A DNA stretch of 64,000 nt from positions 15,252,001 to 15,316,000 of the forward strand of contig OX597840.1 of NCBI GenBank assembly GCA_951406725.2, in the 5' to 3' direction. A program made the position numbers and the translations under genes. Shown one piece after another: positions 40,165 to 54,389 of the stretch (positions are counted from its first letter, which is position 1; each line of letters begins with the position of its first letter). This DNA is from Octopus vulgaris. Taxonomy: Eukaryota. Under the pieces are notes generated by a model, which did no database searches, had not been told where the DNA came from, and worked only from the letters and a program-made list of their open reading frames with translations.

Positions 40165-40251
40165 TTTTCTCTTTTTCTTCTTCTTTCTTCTTCCAGGTAA
40201 GATTCTCTTCTTATTTTTACAATCAGTGACCTTTCAACCTTGTAGGTAAGA
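40165..40251 (+). promoter_or_regulatory. two tandem 3'ss/5'ss (YAG|GTAAGA) recursive-splice-type sites
   Basis: ~30-nt pyrimidine tract then CAG|GTAAGA (40196/40197); 49 nt later CTTTCAACCTTGTAG|GTAAGA (40245/40246). Confidence 0.5.
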
Positions 40252-40472
40252 TTTATTTTTACATTCTCTTTTGTGTCTCAATGGTTTCAATCATTAGACT
40301 GTAGCCATGCTGGGGCATCGCTTTGAAGAACATTTAGTTGAATGAATTAACGTTGCTTTCGTTCATACTTTAAATTAAAATTACTATAATTTTGAATTTT
40401 TATCACTTCTTCTTCTTCTTCTCCTCCTCCTCCTCCTTCTTCTTGCTGTTCTTGTTGTTGTTGCTGCTGCTA

Positions 40473-40519
<47 letters not shown>

Positions 40520-40696
40520 GAGGGAGAGATCAGTGCATGCTATCAAAGTGACACTGGGGTAAAATATACCAAGCCTAATATACCCATCATGACTACCCGT
40601 CTGATAAGAGTACACCAGGCACATGAATCACAACAATATGTGCATGACATGGTGATCTCATATCAAGATAAACAGCACATGACCTTGCGGGTGGGG

Positions 40697-41094
40697 CAGA
40701 ATCATTAGCACACTGGATGAAATGCTTAGCAATATTTTGTCTGTCTTTTTGTTCTGAGTTCAAATTCCACTGAAGTCAACTTTGCCTTTCATCCATTCAG
40801 AGTTGATGAATTAAGTACCAGTGAAACACTGGGGGTCAATGAAATCATCTAGTCCCCTAATTTCAGGTCTTGTGTCTTTAGTAGAAAGGTTTATTACTAT
40901 AAAAGCAGTTAGCGTACTGGACGAAATGCTTAGTGGTATTTTGCCCGTTGCTATGTTCTGAGTTCAAATTCTGCTGAGGTCAACTTTGCCTTTCATCCTT
41001 TAGATAAAATAAGTACCAGTTGTGCACTGGAGTTGATGTAATTGACCTACTGCCCCACCCCTGAAATTGCTGGCCTTGTGCCAAAATTTGAAAC

Positions 41095-41148
<54 letters not shown>

Positions 41149-41882
41149 CATTATTATTATTATTATTATTATTATCACCTCAATGCCGTTAGGTTGTTGA
41201 TTGAAGATATTGTGTCTACTGGGGTTTGTATTGTTTGTCAAGTCACAACAAGGGCCTCAGGCAAACTACTTTATGCAATATGCATGCAGTTCCAAGTAAT
41301 GCTGACTTTTGCAATACATCTAGATTGTAAGGTATTTCTAAGGTTTTCAGATGTTTTTTTCAGATTGGGTGGTATTGAACCCAATGTTCAGATGACAATA
41401 GAGATAACCTTTATGCTTGACTCTGGTAGCTGCCACATCTTAGCAATCTCAATTCTCAGGTCTCCATATTTATCAATCTTTTCCCTTTCCTTCATGATAT
41501 GTTGATCTCTTGGAACTGCTTCATCGATTATTAGGCACATTATTATTATTATTATTATTATTCAGTACCCGTTGAGCGTAGGGGGTTGATGTAATTCACT
41601 AACCCCACCCCTTCCCTGAAACTGTTGGCTCTGTGGCAAAATTTGAAACCATTATTGATATTAGTTTCAAATTTTGACACAAGGCCAGCAATTTCAGGGG
41701 TGGTCCTAAGTTTATTACATTGACCCCAGTGATCAACTGGTACTTATTTCACTGACCCCCAGAAGGATGAAAAATAAATTCAACTTCAGTGGAATTTGAA
41801 CTCAGAACATAAAGCTGCATGAAACACCACAATGCATTTTGCCCAGCATGCTAAAAGTTCAGCCGACTCGTCTCTTTAAAAC

Positions 41883-41921
<39 letters not shown>

Positions 41922-42907
41922 GGTGGCAAGCCAGAATTGTTAGCATGCCAGGCAAAATGCTTAGCGATATTTTGAATGGCACTATGATTTGGGTTCAAAT
42001 ACTGCTGGGGTTGACTGCTTTTCATCCTTTCAGGGTCGAGGAAATAAGTACCAACTGAGCACTGGGGTTGATGAAATCGACTTAGCCCCCCCCCCGAAAT
42101 ACCAGGCCTTGGGCCTATAATAGGAAGGATTATTATTAAGGTGGCAAGCTGGGATTCTTTTCTTTCTTTTCTTTTATTCTTTTATTTGTTTCAGTCATTT
42201 GACTGTGGCCATGCTGGAGCACCACCTTTAGTTGAGCAAATCCACCCCAGGACTTATTCTTTTTAAGCCTAGTACTTATTCTTAGCTGAACCGCTAAGTG
42301 ACGGGGATGTAAACACACCAGCATCAGTTGTCAAGCAATGTTGGGGGAACAAACACAGACACACAAACATATACATACATATATATATACATATATACGA
42401 CGGGCTTTTTTCAGTTTCCGTCTACTAAACCCACTCACAAGGCTTTGGTCGGCCCAAGGATATAGTAGAAAACTCTTGCCCAAGGTGCCATGCAGTAGGA
42501 CTGAACCCAGAACCATGTGGTTGGTAAGCAAGCTACTTACCACACAAAATGCTTAGAAGCACTTTTTCCTTCTCTTTACATTCTGAGATAAAATTCCATC
42601 AAGGCCAACTTTGACTTTCATCCTTTTGTGATCAATAAAATAAGTACCAGTCACGTACTGGGGTTGATGTTATCAACTTGTCCCCTCACCTCAAATTTGC
42701 TGGCCTTGTGCCAAAATTTGAAAGAACTGTTGTTGTTCTTCTTATTAGAGAGGGCAGCTACCTGGCAGAATTGTTAGCATGCTGGATGAAGTGCTTAGCT
42801 GTATTTTGCCCATCATTACATTCTGAGTTCAAATTCCATTAAACAGTTAAGCATTTTGCACAACCTGCTAACATTTCTGCAAGCTCACCACTTTAAAACC
42901 ATTATTA

Positions 42908-42953
<46 letters not shown>

Positions 42954-43100
42954 GGTGGTGATAATATGTCGGGCAAAATGCTTAGCGGTATTTCACCCGT
43001 CACGACATTCTAAGTTCAAATACCACCAAGGTCAACTTTGCCTTTCATCCTTTTGGAGTCAGTAAATTAAATACCAGTGAAACACTGGGGATCGATGAAA
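40697..43100. mobile_element. nest of SINE family B copies (plus one family A) among (ATT)n tracts
   Basis: Family B segments at ~40697, 40905, 41665-41870(-), 41920-42135, 42550-42720, 42755, 42970; family A at 42175-42546(-). Confidence 0.75.
41175..41538 (-). pseudogene. R4/Dong-like non-LTR retrotransposon 3' end (restriction-like endonuclease region + 3' UTR)
   Basis: CLIIDEAVPRDQHIMKEREKIDKYGDLRIEIAKMW...KVISIVI*TLGSIP matches the RLE pattern ID.AVP.D....KE.EK..KY..L..EI..W; (ATT)n on both sides. Confidence 0.8.
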
Positions 43101-44629
43101 TCCAGTTTGAGGAACTTTAGTCGAACTAAGTGACCCCAGTACTTGTTTTCCATTTTCTAAGCGTGGTTTGTATTCTGTCGGGCTCTGTTGCTGAACTGTT
43201 AAGCTGCAGGGATGTAAATGTACCGACACCATTTGCCAAGGGGCGGTGAAAGACAAATACAAAAGCAAACAAACACACGCATGCACAAACACACACACAA
43301 ACACACACACATGCATGCACAAACAGACACACATACACATATGCACACACACACACTCTCTCACACATACATACATAATGGTCTTCTTTCAGTTTCCATC
43401 TACCAATCTATTCACAAGGTTTTGGTCTGCTCGAGGCCATTGTAGAAGACAGACAGGTGTCACATGGTGGGACTGAACCCAGAACCATGTAGTTGGGAAG
43501 CAAGCTTCTTGCCACAGAGCCATGCCTGCAGTAAAAAAAATTAATAAAGCTCAAAGGCAGACAAACATACAAACACACACACAAAAATACTCATGCATAC
43601 ACACACAAACACACACATTAAAACCTGAAGACTCTCAAAGGGAAATTCCAAGTTTCACATTTCCGATCGTTCTAACTTTGGTTAAACAACCAGAGTGTTG
43701 CGATATAAGAAGTTCCAGCTGCAAACAAAATATACACACCCTACTTATGGTATTGATCGCTATTTCTTCCTGCTAGTAACTACAAACGTTCACCAATCTA
43801 CTCATCTGTACATACATACATACATACAGACATGCATCTATACAAACATGCAAACATCATTACACACATTATACATGTAGATACATACATACATACATAC
43901 ATATATATGTATATGTATATATGTATGCATATATATAAGTGGATGTCTGAGTGTGTGTGTGTGTGTCCAATGAACATGTATTTTAATTTGTGTATATTTA
44001 TATATATGCATGTTTATACATATATATGTGCATATATATGTATATAAACACATATAAATACATACATATATAAATATTTATATGTATATATATATACACA
44101 CACATACACACATACATACATGCATACAAACACACTCACACATGCATGCAGACCACATTTGTGTGATTGTAGGAAACTAGCAGTTGGTTCCAAGCCAATT
44201 ATTTTTAGGAAACAGGTATCAGAAAGGGAAAGACAGACAGACAGGCAAACATTTCATGGGTGTGTGTGTGAGAGAGAGAGGGGGGGAGAAAGAGAGATCG
44301 AGAGAGAGAGAAAGACACTAAAAAAAACCTAAGGCAGTGATTTCATTTTTCCTTTCATTATTTATTTTAACCTATTTTTTTTCCCGTTTGTTATGAAGTT
44401 TAAAGATGAGATCTGCCAAGTATATATTAGTAATGGTGCAGTTGGAAAAGGTAATCTGCACACACACACACACATAATATATATATACACACACACAAAT
44501 ATACATACATATATATATATATATATATACATCCATACATTAACATATATATATTTGCACACACACACACATAATATATATATTCATACATACAAGCATT
44601 AACATATATATATTTGCACACGCATACGC

Positions 44630-44670
<41 letters not shown>

Positions 44671-44673
<3 letters not shown>

Positions 44674-45080
44674 CGCAGGAGTGGCTGTGTGGTAAGTAGC
44701 TTGCTAACCAACCACATGATTCCGGGTTCAGTCCCACTGCGTGGCATCTTGGGCAAGTGTCTTCTGCTATAGCCCCGGGCCGACCAATGCCTTGTGAGTG
44801 GATTTGGTAGACGGAAACTGAAAGAAGCCTGTCGTATATATGTATATATATGTATGTGTGTGTGTGTTTGTGTGTCTATGTTTGTCCCCCTAGCATTGCT
44901 TGACAACCGATGCTGGTGTGTTTACATCCCCGTCACTTAGCGGTTCGGCAAAAGAGACCGATAGAATAAGTACTGGGCTTACAAAGAATAAGTCCCGGGG
45001 TTGATTTGCTCGACTAAAGGCGGTGCTCCAGCATGGCCGCAGTCAAATGACTGAAACAAGTAAAAGAGTGAAAAAGAGAG
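44671..45080 (+). mobile_element. SINE family A, near-intact copy
   Basis: GGCGCAGGAGTGGCTGTGTGGTAAG head, GGGTTCAGTCCC B-box-like element, internal (TA/TG)n, tail ...ACTGAAACAAGTAAAAGAG; other copies at 3456-3845, 23345-24035, 29945-30110, 43130-43528, 56562-57012, 58848-59000. Confidence 0.9.
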
Positions 45081-45530
45081 TAAACACATACATACATACA
45101 AACAAACATTAACATATATATATATATATTTGCACTCACACACACACACATACACATATATATGTATATTAAGGTGTATACACTCATACACATACCCATA
45201 GTGAAAGACAAGTTCATAGGATCACACACTTACATGAGCATCCCTATATAAACACATACACATAAACACACTGAAATCCATGTTCATATGACACACACAC
45301 ACATACATAAATACACTCACACACACACTCACACACACTCACGCACATAAAGACACTTACACATACAGACACACACAGTCACATACATAAACACACTCAC
45401 ACACACGGACACGCACACTCATGCACATAAACATACTCACACATACAAACACACTCACTCACAAACGCAGTCACACATGTGCGCATGCATGCACACACTC
45501 ACATACATAATCACACTCACACACACACAA

Positions 45531-45570
<40 letters not shown>

Positions 45571-45958
45571 TCACAAACACACTCACACTTGCGCGCATGC
45601 ATGTGAGCACACATTCACACACACAGACACACATGCTGTTATCACAAACACAGATATGACACACTCTCGCACACACACACACACACACACATACATATCA
45701 TACCATATAAACGCACAGATACCAGCGGCATACCATGCGACCCCCTCACCTCACACAATGGATCTCTCAATGGTCGTGATGATGTGTTTTCCTGTTGTTC
45801 AATCAACTGAATTGCTTCTTATTGATTGCATATCAACACATAAGTGGCTGAGGGTTCCACAGACACATGTACTGTTAATGTATGTAATCATGAACATGAA
45901 CCGATGTGACATGGTAAATGCGACATAATTTGTCCATTTGAATTATAAGTGCAGCCTC

Positions 45959-45990
<32 letters not shown>

Positions 45991-46032
45991 CACACACACA
46001 CACACAAAATATATATGTTATATATGTATGTA

Positions 46033-46102
<70 letters not shown>

Positions 46103-46583
46103 ATACGAGGGGCTTAGTTCACTGGTGATCTGAACGAATTTGTTCACTAAGTGCTATAATTGGTCATCCAATAGGTTCCGAGTTCACAGCTGAGACTGGA
46201 GCTACAGATACGTTTAAGGCTTCCTCTAACATATATATATATATATATATATATATACAAATAAGAAAATGGAGAAACAAATTTAGTTAGTTCATCAACT
46301 TTCGGATAATATAATGTTGAATTATTTATTCATTCAACAAAATAGGAACTGCAATATCATACATATATATCTTATAATTCAATATATATAAGATAAGAAT
46401 ACAAATTATAAAAATCATAATATAAATTATTGAAATCATTAAATTACTTCTTACAGCTGTTTCAGCCTATGGCTAAAAGTAGTTATTTTTACTTTTATTG
46501 CCTATCTGGGTACTTTACCAACAGTATATTGAATAAATACTATCCCATAGTGGGTTACACCCATAACCCCTATCTTACTTTGT

Positions 46584-46628
<45 letters not shown>

Positions 46629-47124
46629 CAAAAATGGTAGAACTTAATAAGTGACAAAACATCCAGAGAGTTAGACGTTACAAAAAAAAAAGGACTGTGT
46701 GGATGTTTTGTTGTCACCTGTTACGTTCTTCCATTTTGTTTTCTTTTTTATATATACATATAACAACGTATGTTTGGTCTCGTATGTAAGTATATGTGTG
46801 TGTATATATATATATCTACATATATCATCAGCACCATCATCGTTTAACGTCCGTTTTCTGTGCTAGCATGGGTTGGACGGTTCGACCGGGGTCTGGGAAG
46901 CCAGGGTCTGCTCCAGGCTCGAGTCTGATCAGGCAGAGTTTCGACGGCTGGATGCCCTTCCTAACGCCAACCACTCCGCGAGTGTAGTGGGTGCTTTTAC
47001 TCTTTAACTTGTTTCAGCTTTAAAGCTGCGGTCATGCTGGGGCACCACCGTTGGCTGTGCTACATCTTCATTATTTGAAATCTCCTCTGATATATGGAAT
47101 TTGGTGAATAAGGGAACTTGATGT

Positions 47125-47175
<51 letters not shown>

Positions 47176-47534
47176 TTTAGTGAAGATGCATGGTTCAGTG
47201 GTTAGAATATCGAGCTTACAACCATGAGGTTGTGAGTTCAAATCCTGGACCAGGCTGCGTGTTGTGTTCTTGAGCAAGACTCTTTATTTCATGTTGCTCC
47301 AGTTCACTCAGCTGTAGAAATGAGTTGTGATGTCACTGGTGCCAAGCTGTATCAGCCTTTGCCTTTCCCTTGGATAACATCGGTGGCATGGAAAGGGGAG
47401 GCTGGTATACATGGCATTGGAATTTTTTTCTTTTGCCCTTGTTTATAAGTTGTTTATAAATTTAACCTTTAAAGGTATTTTTTAATATGCTGGCCATTGA
47501 TAAAATTCTTTAGAAAATTTAAGCCTATATTAGA

Positions 47535-47599
<65 letters not shown>

Positions 47600-47664
47600 T
47601 TGTATGTATTTACGTGTGTGTGAGTCTTGTGTCTGGTCTCAGTATGGTATCATGGGGGAACAAA

Positions 47665-48341
47665 AATTGTTGTGTACTGTGCATGTGTACTGGCATCACA
47701 CCTTTACTTATGTGAGACATGGACCCTTTACAAATGTCATGTAAATATCTTTGAACACTTGCATCAGAGATGTATGAGACACATTCTGAATGTTGTTTGG
47801 ACCCTGAAAGATTCCAGATGCGCAGGTCCTGAGGAAAGCTGATATTCTGAGTATTGAGGCAATGGTGCACAAAAACCAGTTACGTTGGACTGGACACCTT
47901 ATTAAAATGAATGATAGCAGGATCACTAAACAGATGCTGTATGGAGAACACGTTAGTGGAAAGTGACCCTGGCAGGAGCCAAGGCTGCGATTTAAGGACT
48001 GTGTCAAGTCCTCATTAAAGGCCTGTGAAATGTGGGAAGCTGACTGGGAGAGCAATGCTTGTCATTGCCACAGATGGAGGAAACAGGTAAAGGAGGGAGT
48101 TGATACCTTTCAAAAAGCACGTATTCTTCATGAAGAATTTTAAAATGCTACTCAAAAACGCACTGCTAGTGTAATGAGTGGAGGAAGCTTGGTCTGCAAT
48201 GTTTGCAGCCATGTATGTTTGGCAGGAGCAGGGCTCATTAGTCACCAACGGAGCTGCAGGTGTGAAGTATAAGATAGTCTTGAGCACAAAATGTTCCTAA
48301 AGGATCAGTAATGCTTTTCCTCAGTCACGAGTGGACCGCCA
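47665..48341 (+). pseudogene. RTE-clade LINE 3' fragment with C-terminal C2H2-like finger
   Basis: CETWTLY..H...EHLHQRCMRHILNV.W, QLRWTGHLIKMNDSRITKQMLYGE, RLRFKDCVK, CNVCSHVC....GLISHQRSC; stops and frameshifts. Confidence 0.9.
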
Positions 48342-48342
48342 T

Positions 48343-49193
<851 letters not shown>

Positions 49194-51022
49194 ATCCCGG
49201 TTTTGATTCTCAGACCGGGCGTTGTGAGTGTTTATTGGGGGAAAACACCTAAAGCTCCACGAGGCTCTGGCAGGGGGTGGTGGTAATCCCTGCTGTACTC
49301 TTTCGCCACAATTTTCTCTCTTCTGTTAGCCTGCTCGCTTAGCCAGCTGGGTGGCGTCATTCGAAGTCTAAAACAATGCGAACGCATTGTGACCAGCGAT
49401 GTGTAACTACATCTGATGGACTGGTCGGTCACGTGATCACGTGATATATAATATATATATGTATACAACACATATGTATGTATATATATTTATATGTATG
49501 TGTGTGTGCATGTATATATATATATATGTATGTATGTAGTTGGACTCATGATTGCAATGTTAAGGGTTCAGTTCTCAGACCAGGCACAGAATGAACTGTG
49601 TTCTTGGGCAAGCAACTTCATTTCACATGACAACAGGGGTCACTCATCTGAATCTGTGTCATGTCTACTACTGAGCGGCATCTCACAGACTATTGCTGCC
49701 AAATGTTGCAGCCGCAGGAAATTGATGAGCCTTGATGGTTACAGCACACTGCGTGTCAGTGGTGGTCAAGCTGGTGGCAGTGATGGTTATGGTGGTGTTG
49801 ATGATGATGAGGAGGAGGGGGAGGAAAAGGTCAGCAGCAGTAGTTACAATATTGGTTGTGGTTGTTGTTGGTGGTGGTGGTAGTGCTGATGAGAATAAGG
49901 TGGTTGCTGCTCTGATAATGGTGTTGATGGGGGTTGATGGACCTTGATGATGATGATGATGATGATACTGGCAAATTTGTACTTGTGTTTTGCATCCAGT
50001 CATGTGTAACCATATGGAAGGTCCTTCACCAGTCGGTCATGCTCTAAGTGTTGACCAGCAGGGAGTATATTTCATTACCCGCCCATTGAAGAACACTAAA
50101 TTTTCAACTACCCCATAAACATATAAACCCACACACATTATCATTATCATTTAATATCCGGTTTTTTTTTTATACTGGTTCAACAAGACCTGGCATGCCA
50201 GGAGACTGTGCCAAGTTCCACCATCTCCTTTGGAATGGTTTCTTCAGCTGGATGTCCTTCCTACTATCATCCACTTTACAGAGTGAATTGGGTGCTTTTC
50301 ATTCCAACTGGTAAAAACGAGTAATCCTGTGAAGGACCAGCATCCCACCCAAGGAGATACTGGGAAACCAGCCCTGTGCTCCTTATGGAATAATATGTAC
50401 TAAACATATGACTAAATAATTGCTGACATTTTAATGAACATGTCACAAGCTTGGTCAAAAGGTGAATTAGTGAAAGAACCGTGAAAAGTTTATCAAAGGT
50501 AATACCAGTGATTGCATTCTTCAATATTTATTATTATTATCTAAGGTAGCAAGCTGGCAGAATTGTTAGCACACTGGATGAAATGCTCAGCACTATTACA
50601 CCCATCGCTCAGTTCTGAGTTCAAATTCTCCCAAGGTCGACTTTGCCTTTCATCCTTTCAGGGTCGATAAATTAAGTACCAGTTGCATACTGGGGTCGAT
50701 CTAATCCATTGTCCCCATCCCCTCCCACCAAATTTCAGACCTTGTGCCTATAATAGAAAGGATTATTATTATTATTGTTGCCGATGCCAGTGCTGCTTTG
50801 ACTGGCTCCTTTGGCCCCTGTGCTGGTGGCACGTAAAAGAGCAACTACTACACTCACGGAGTGGTTGGCGTTAGTAAGGGCATCCAGCTGTAGAAACACT
50901 CCCAGATCAGATTGGGGCCTGGTGCAGCCTCCTGGCTTGCTAGACCCCAGTCAAACCGTCCAACCCATGCCAGCATGGAAAACGGATGGTAAACGATGAT
51001 GATGATAATGTGTATATGTATA

Positions 51023-51067
<45 letters not shown>

Positions 51068-51256
51068 GCACTCCACCTTGCTGCCCTTTCTCCGACAAGC
51101 TATAAAATGGGTTAGTCATAACCTATGAGTATATTTCAAGTTTACACACGATTGCAGCAAAGTTCTTGAAATTTTCTGTCGCTACAAGGAATTTTATAGG
51201 AAGAGAAGAGTTTTTTCGTTTCTAAGCATTTCTCATGTACAACTGTTATAATAGCT

Positions 51257-51295
<39 letters not shown>

Positions 51296-51528
51296 GTGAT
51301 GATGATGATGATGATGACGATGTGAAGATGGTAATAATAACAATAATTAGTGATTTTGTTGTTGTTGGTCTTGACATATTGGCAAATGTGATGAGATAAG
51401 GGAAGTCGTATATGTTTGTATGTGTGTGTTTGTATATGTTTGCGTATGTTTGTGTATATGCATATTATGCCTTCATGTAATAGTTATATGCGTGAGCATG
51501 TGGCTGCATGTATATGTGTATTTATTTG

Positions 51529-51582
<54 letters not shown>

Positions 51583-52343
51583 GTTTGCCAGAGTGTGTAA
51601 TATGTCTACTATTTATTGGTGTGTGTGTGTATGAACATTGTTTTCTCTCTCTTTCTCTCTCTCACACTCTGTCTATATCTCATCAGCAGGAGCAACTACC
51701 TGTGTACGAAGCAGAGATTGAATTAGGGAAGGGGAGTAGAAAATAATACAGAAAAAAAACCCACATAAAATAATTCAAAATATTATAAAACAGACCCTCA
51801 CTTATCTGTCTTACAAATAAACTCGTCATGTATTGAGTGCTCAATCTGCCAGCACTTTACACTTAAATGCACATCTGTATGTATATATGTATCCATATAT
51901 ACGTCTATGTGTATCTGTGGCATTTCCTGCCTATGTGTAAGTCATGCAATCTCCACCTGAGATATATAGAGAGAGAAACGAGTGGAAGTAACAAATAAGA
52001 TTTTTATATAAATCTTTCATTTTTATGAGCAACAGCTGGGAAACAAGTATATACAAGTTATATATGCCCTACTTTAACAATATAGGTTTGATATTTAGCA
52101 TCACATGCGCTAGCTTCTTTGCCAGGAGTCACCCCTGACATATATATGTATATACATGTATAATACAAACGTACATATACACATACAAACACACATATAG
52201 GTACATAGATACATTCATAGACACATAGATACACGTATAATCATATATACATTCGTACATATATACATTCATATATACATATACACATACACATATTACA
52301 TATATACTTTCATACATATATATACATACGTACACATATACCT

Positions 52344-52385
<42 letters not shown>

Positions 52386-53160
52386 TCATATATATACACA
52401 GACACACACACACATATATATATACACACACACATATATATACATATATATATACATACATGCACATACATATTTGGTTTACTTCTATTCAATTCTGTCC
52501 TCTGGATTATACCAATGCTACCAACAACTAACAAATCCTTCCTGTTTTTTGGGGGACCATTCCCTTCCACTTTGGACATTTTAATACTCAAACCATGATC
52601 AGGCGTTTATTCTGGGAGGTAGGTACCATTACTGCTGCTCCATTCTGGCCATTTTTTCACTCACTTCTCTCATCTACTTTATATCTTATTTCATATATGA
52701 ACCAGTATGTAAAATATATTGTAACATGTTTAGTGTTGTTGTTGTTATTGTAATTGTTGCCGTTGGTGGTGGTGGTATTGTTAATGTTGTTGTGGCCCTT
52801 GTTGTTGTTGCTGCTGTTTAACCCTCTGTCAGTTCTGGTTACATAGATTTATGATCCTTTGACTATCCTGTCATTTTTTCTCTATATCCTCGATTCTGTC
52901 ATCCAGTGTATCCTTCTTTACCTTTAAAACTTTATCATGTAATTTCAGAAGTTTGACTGCTATTTTTAGCAAGTGGAGACTATGTTTCTTCACATATTTT
53001 GTTGTAGTGAAGGTGCATGGCTTAGAGGCTAAGGTATTTGGCTCATGACTATAAGGTTGTGTGTTCAATTCCTAGCAGTGCAACATGTCCTTAAGCAAGA
53101 CACTTTACTTTACATTGCTCTACACCAATCAGCTCGCAAAACTGAATAGTACCGGTAATT

Positions 53161-53220
<60 letters not shown>

Positions 53221-53853
53221 TATTGGTGAATTGAAGAAATGGAGCTGAACGCAGATTGAACAGAAATCGTTTTATTTCATTCTACACGTGTTTCGAAAGG
53301 CACAAATTACCAAAATCCGATGGAATATATATATATATTTCTTTATTGGCCACTCGGGTCTAAACATAGAGGGGACAAACAAGGACAGACCAAGGGATTA
53401 AGTAAATTACATCAACCTCAGTGCATAACTGGTGCTCTCCTGTCTGCCACACAATATGTTATTGAGTCAGTGTGTCTTTTAGGTGCTGTTGCTATAAGGC
53501 CATCAACTATTTCCTATCTCTCCTCCAGCCCCAATAAAGCTTTCAAAAATACATTTGCCCCAGGCACCCATTAGTCATACAAAACGTAGGTCACTAAAAA
53601 GGGATTTGCAGGATCTGAGGAGCTATATTACAAATATACAGATCTTAAAGATAAGGAAGTTACACTTCCTTGCTTTAGCATATATTCAAATGTAAATATA
53701 GAGATAAGTTTTAAAATCATTCATCTTTATTACGTTCCATGGTCTTCAAGAGTTGGCAATAATGGATGTCCTCTCCATCCTGTCCCACCCATACACAATT
53801 TAGTAAATCATTGTGTTTGTCTTTCTATAACAAACTTGTATCGGGCCATCAAA

Positions 53854-53920
<67 letters not shown>

Positions 53921-53983
53921 TCTTTCTCTATTTCTCTCTTTGTGTCTGCCTGTCTATCCATCCATCCATCCATCCATCCATCC

Positions 53984-54061
<78 letters not shown>

Positions 54062-54084
54062 ATAATAATAATAATAATAATTAT

Positions 54085-54342
54085 AATGACATTATTGTAT
54101 ACCGTGCTCAGGTGCACCACAACATGTCAGAAGTGCGTAAAAAGTATATGCAGTACTGTGCAAATGTCTGGGAAGTGAACACTATATGAGTCAGATACAT
54201 GCTTTAGTGTGTATGGAGGGGAGAAAATCAGTTGTAGTGTTGGCAAATCTCAGGAAGCATGGAAGTTTTGAAGGATACAGTGCTCCGACAACTAACAACT
54301 GATGCCAGCAGTTTGTTCCATGCTTCAGCAACTCTTAGCATG

Positions 54343-54345
<3 letters not shown>
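54085..54345 (-). pseudogene. CR1 3' end, second copy
   Basis: Homologous to 7290-7525. Confidence 0.8.

Positions 54346-54388
<43 letters not shown>

Positions 54389-54389
<1 letters not shown>

Noticed and set aside
43624-43717. Minus-strand exon after TTTTGTTTGCAG
   Set aside because: Stops in all three frames and a weak donor (GTTTTA); unsupported without RNA data.
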